A stretch of DNA of 64,000 bases from Octopus bimaculoides (Eukaryota), in NCBI RefSeq assembly GCF_001194135.2, contig NC_068981.1, positions 170,472,923-170,536,922 of the forward strand. The letters run 5' to 3'. The notes beneath the pieces were generated by a model. That model made no database searches. It was not told the DNA's origin and saw only the letters and a list, made by a program, of their open reading frames with translations. The first letter of the stretch is position 1, and each line of letters opens with the position of its first letter. Positions 63,991 to 64,000 of this stretch are shown here, piece after piece. A program made the translations under genes and the position numbers.

Positions 63991-64000
63991 TATGCATATA

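Noticed and set aside
1-64000. CRISPR arrays, rRNA genes, prokaryotic operons
   Set aside because: None seen; the sequence is eukaryotic repeat-rich DNA.

Overview
Repeat-saturated, AT-rich animal genomic DNA from a gapped scaffold: 16 N-runs, nearly all bordered by (TA)n/(CA)n microsatellites. The SINE families and microsatellite landscape look like Octopus (inference from recall, no database search). I cannot support any host protein-coding exon. Most listed ORFs are microsatellite or gap artefacts; the few recognisable ones are transposon remnants. Contents: two decayed mariner transposons, an internally deleted Gypsy LTR element, RTE, CR1-like and R4/Dong-like LINE fragments, Penelope-like (PLE) RT and GIY-YIG remnants, several tRNA-derived SINE families that share modules, and four unrelated fold-back (MITE-like) elements within 11 kb. 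The most interesting signal is a repeat family carrying a minimal type I hammerhead ribozyme (CUGAUGA...GAAAC-AGCU-GUA). It occurs at two loci (45.5-46.8 kb and 63.0-63.6 kb), both times as outward-facing inverted repeats. The 63 kb copy is a ~590 bp non-coding palindrome with a hammerhead motif on each strand. Further hammerhead-like motifs of other PLE families are present.
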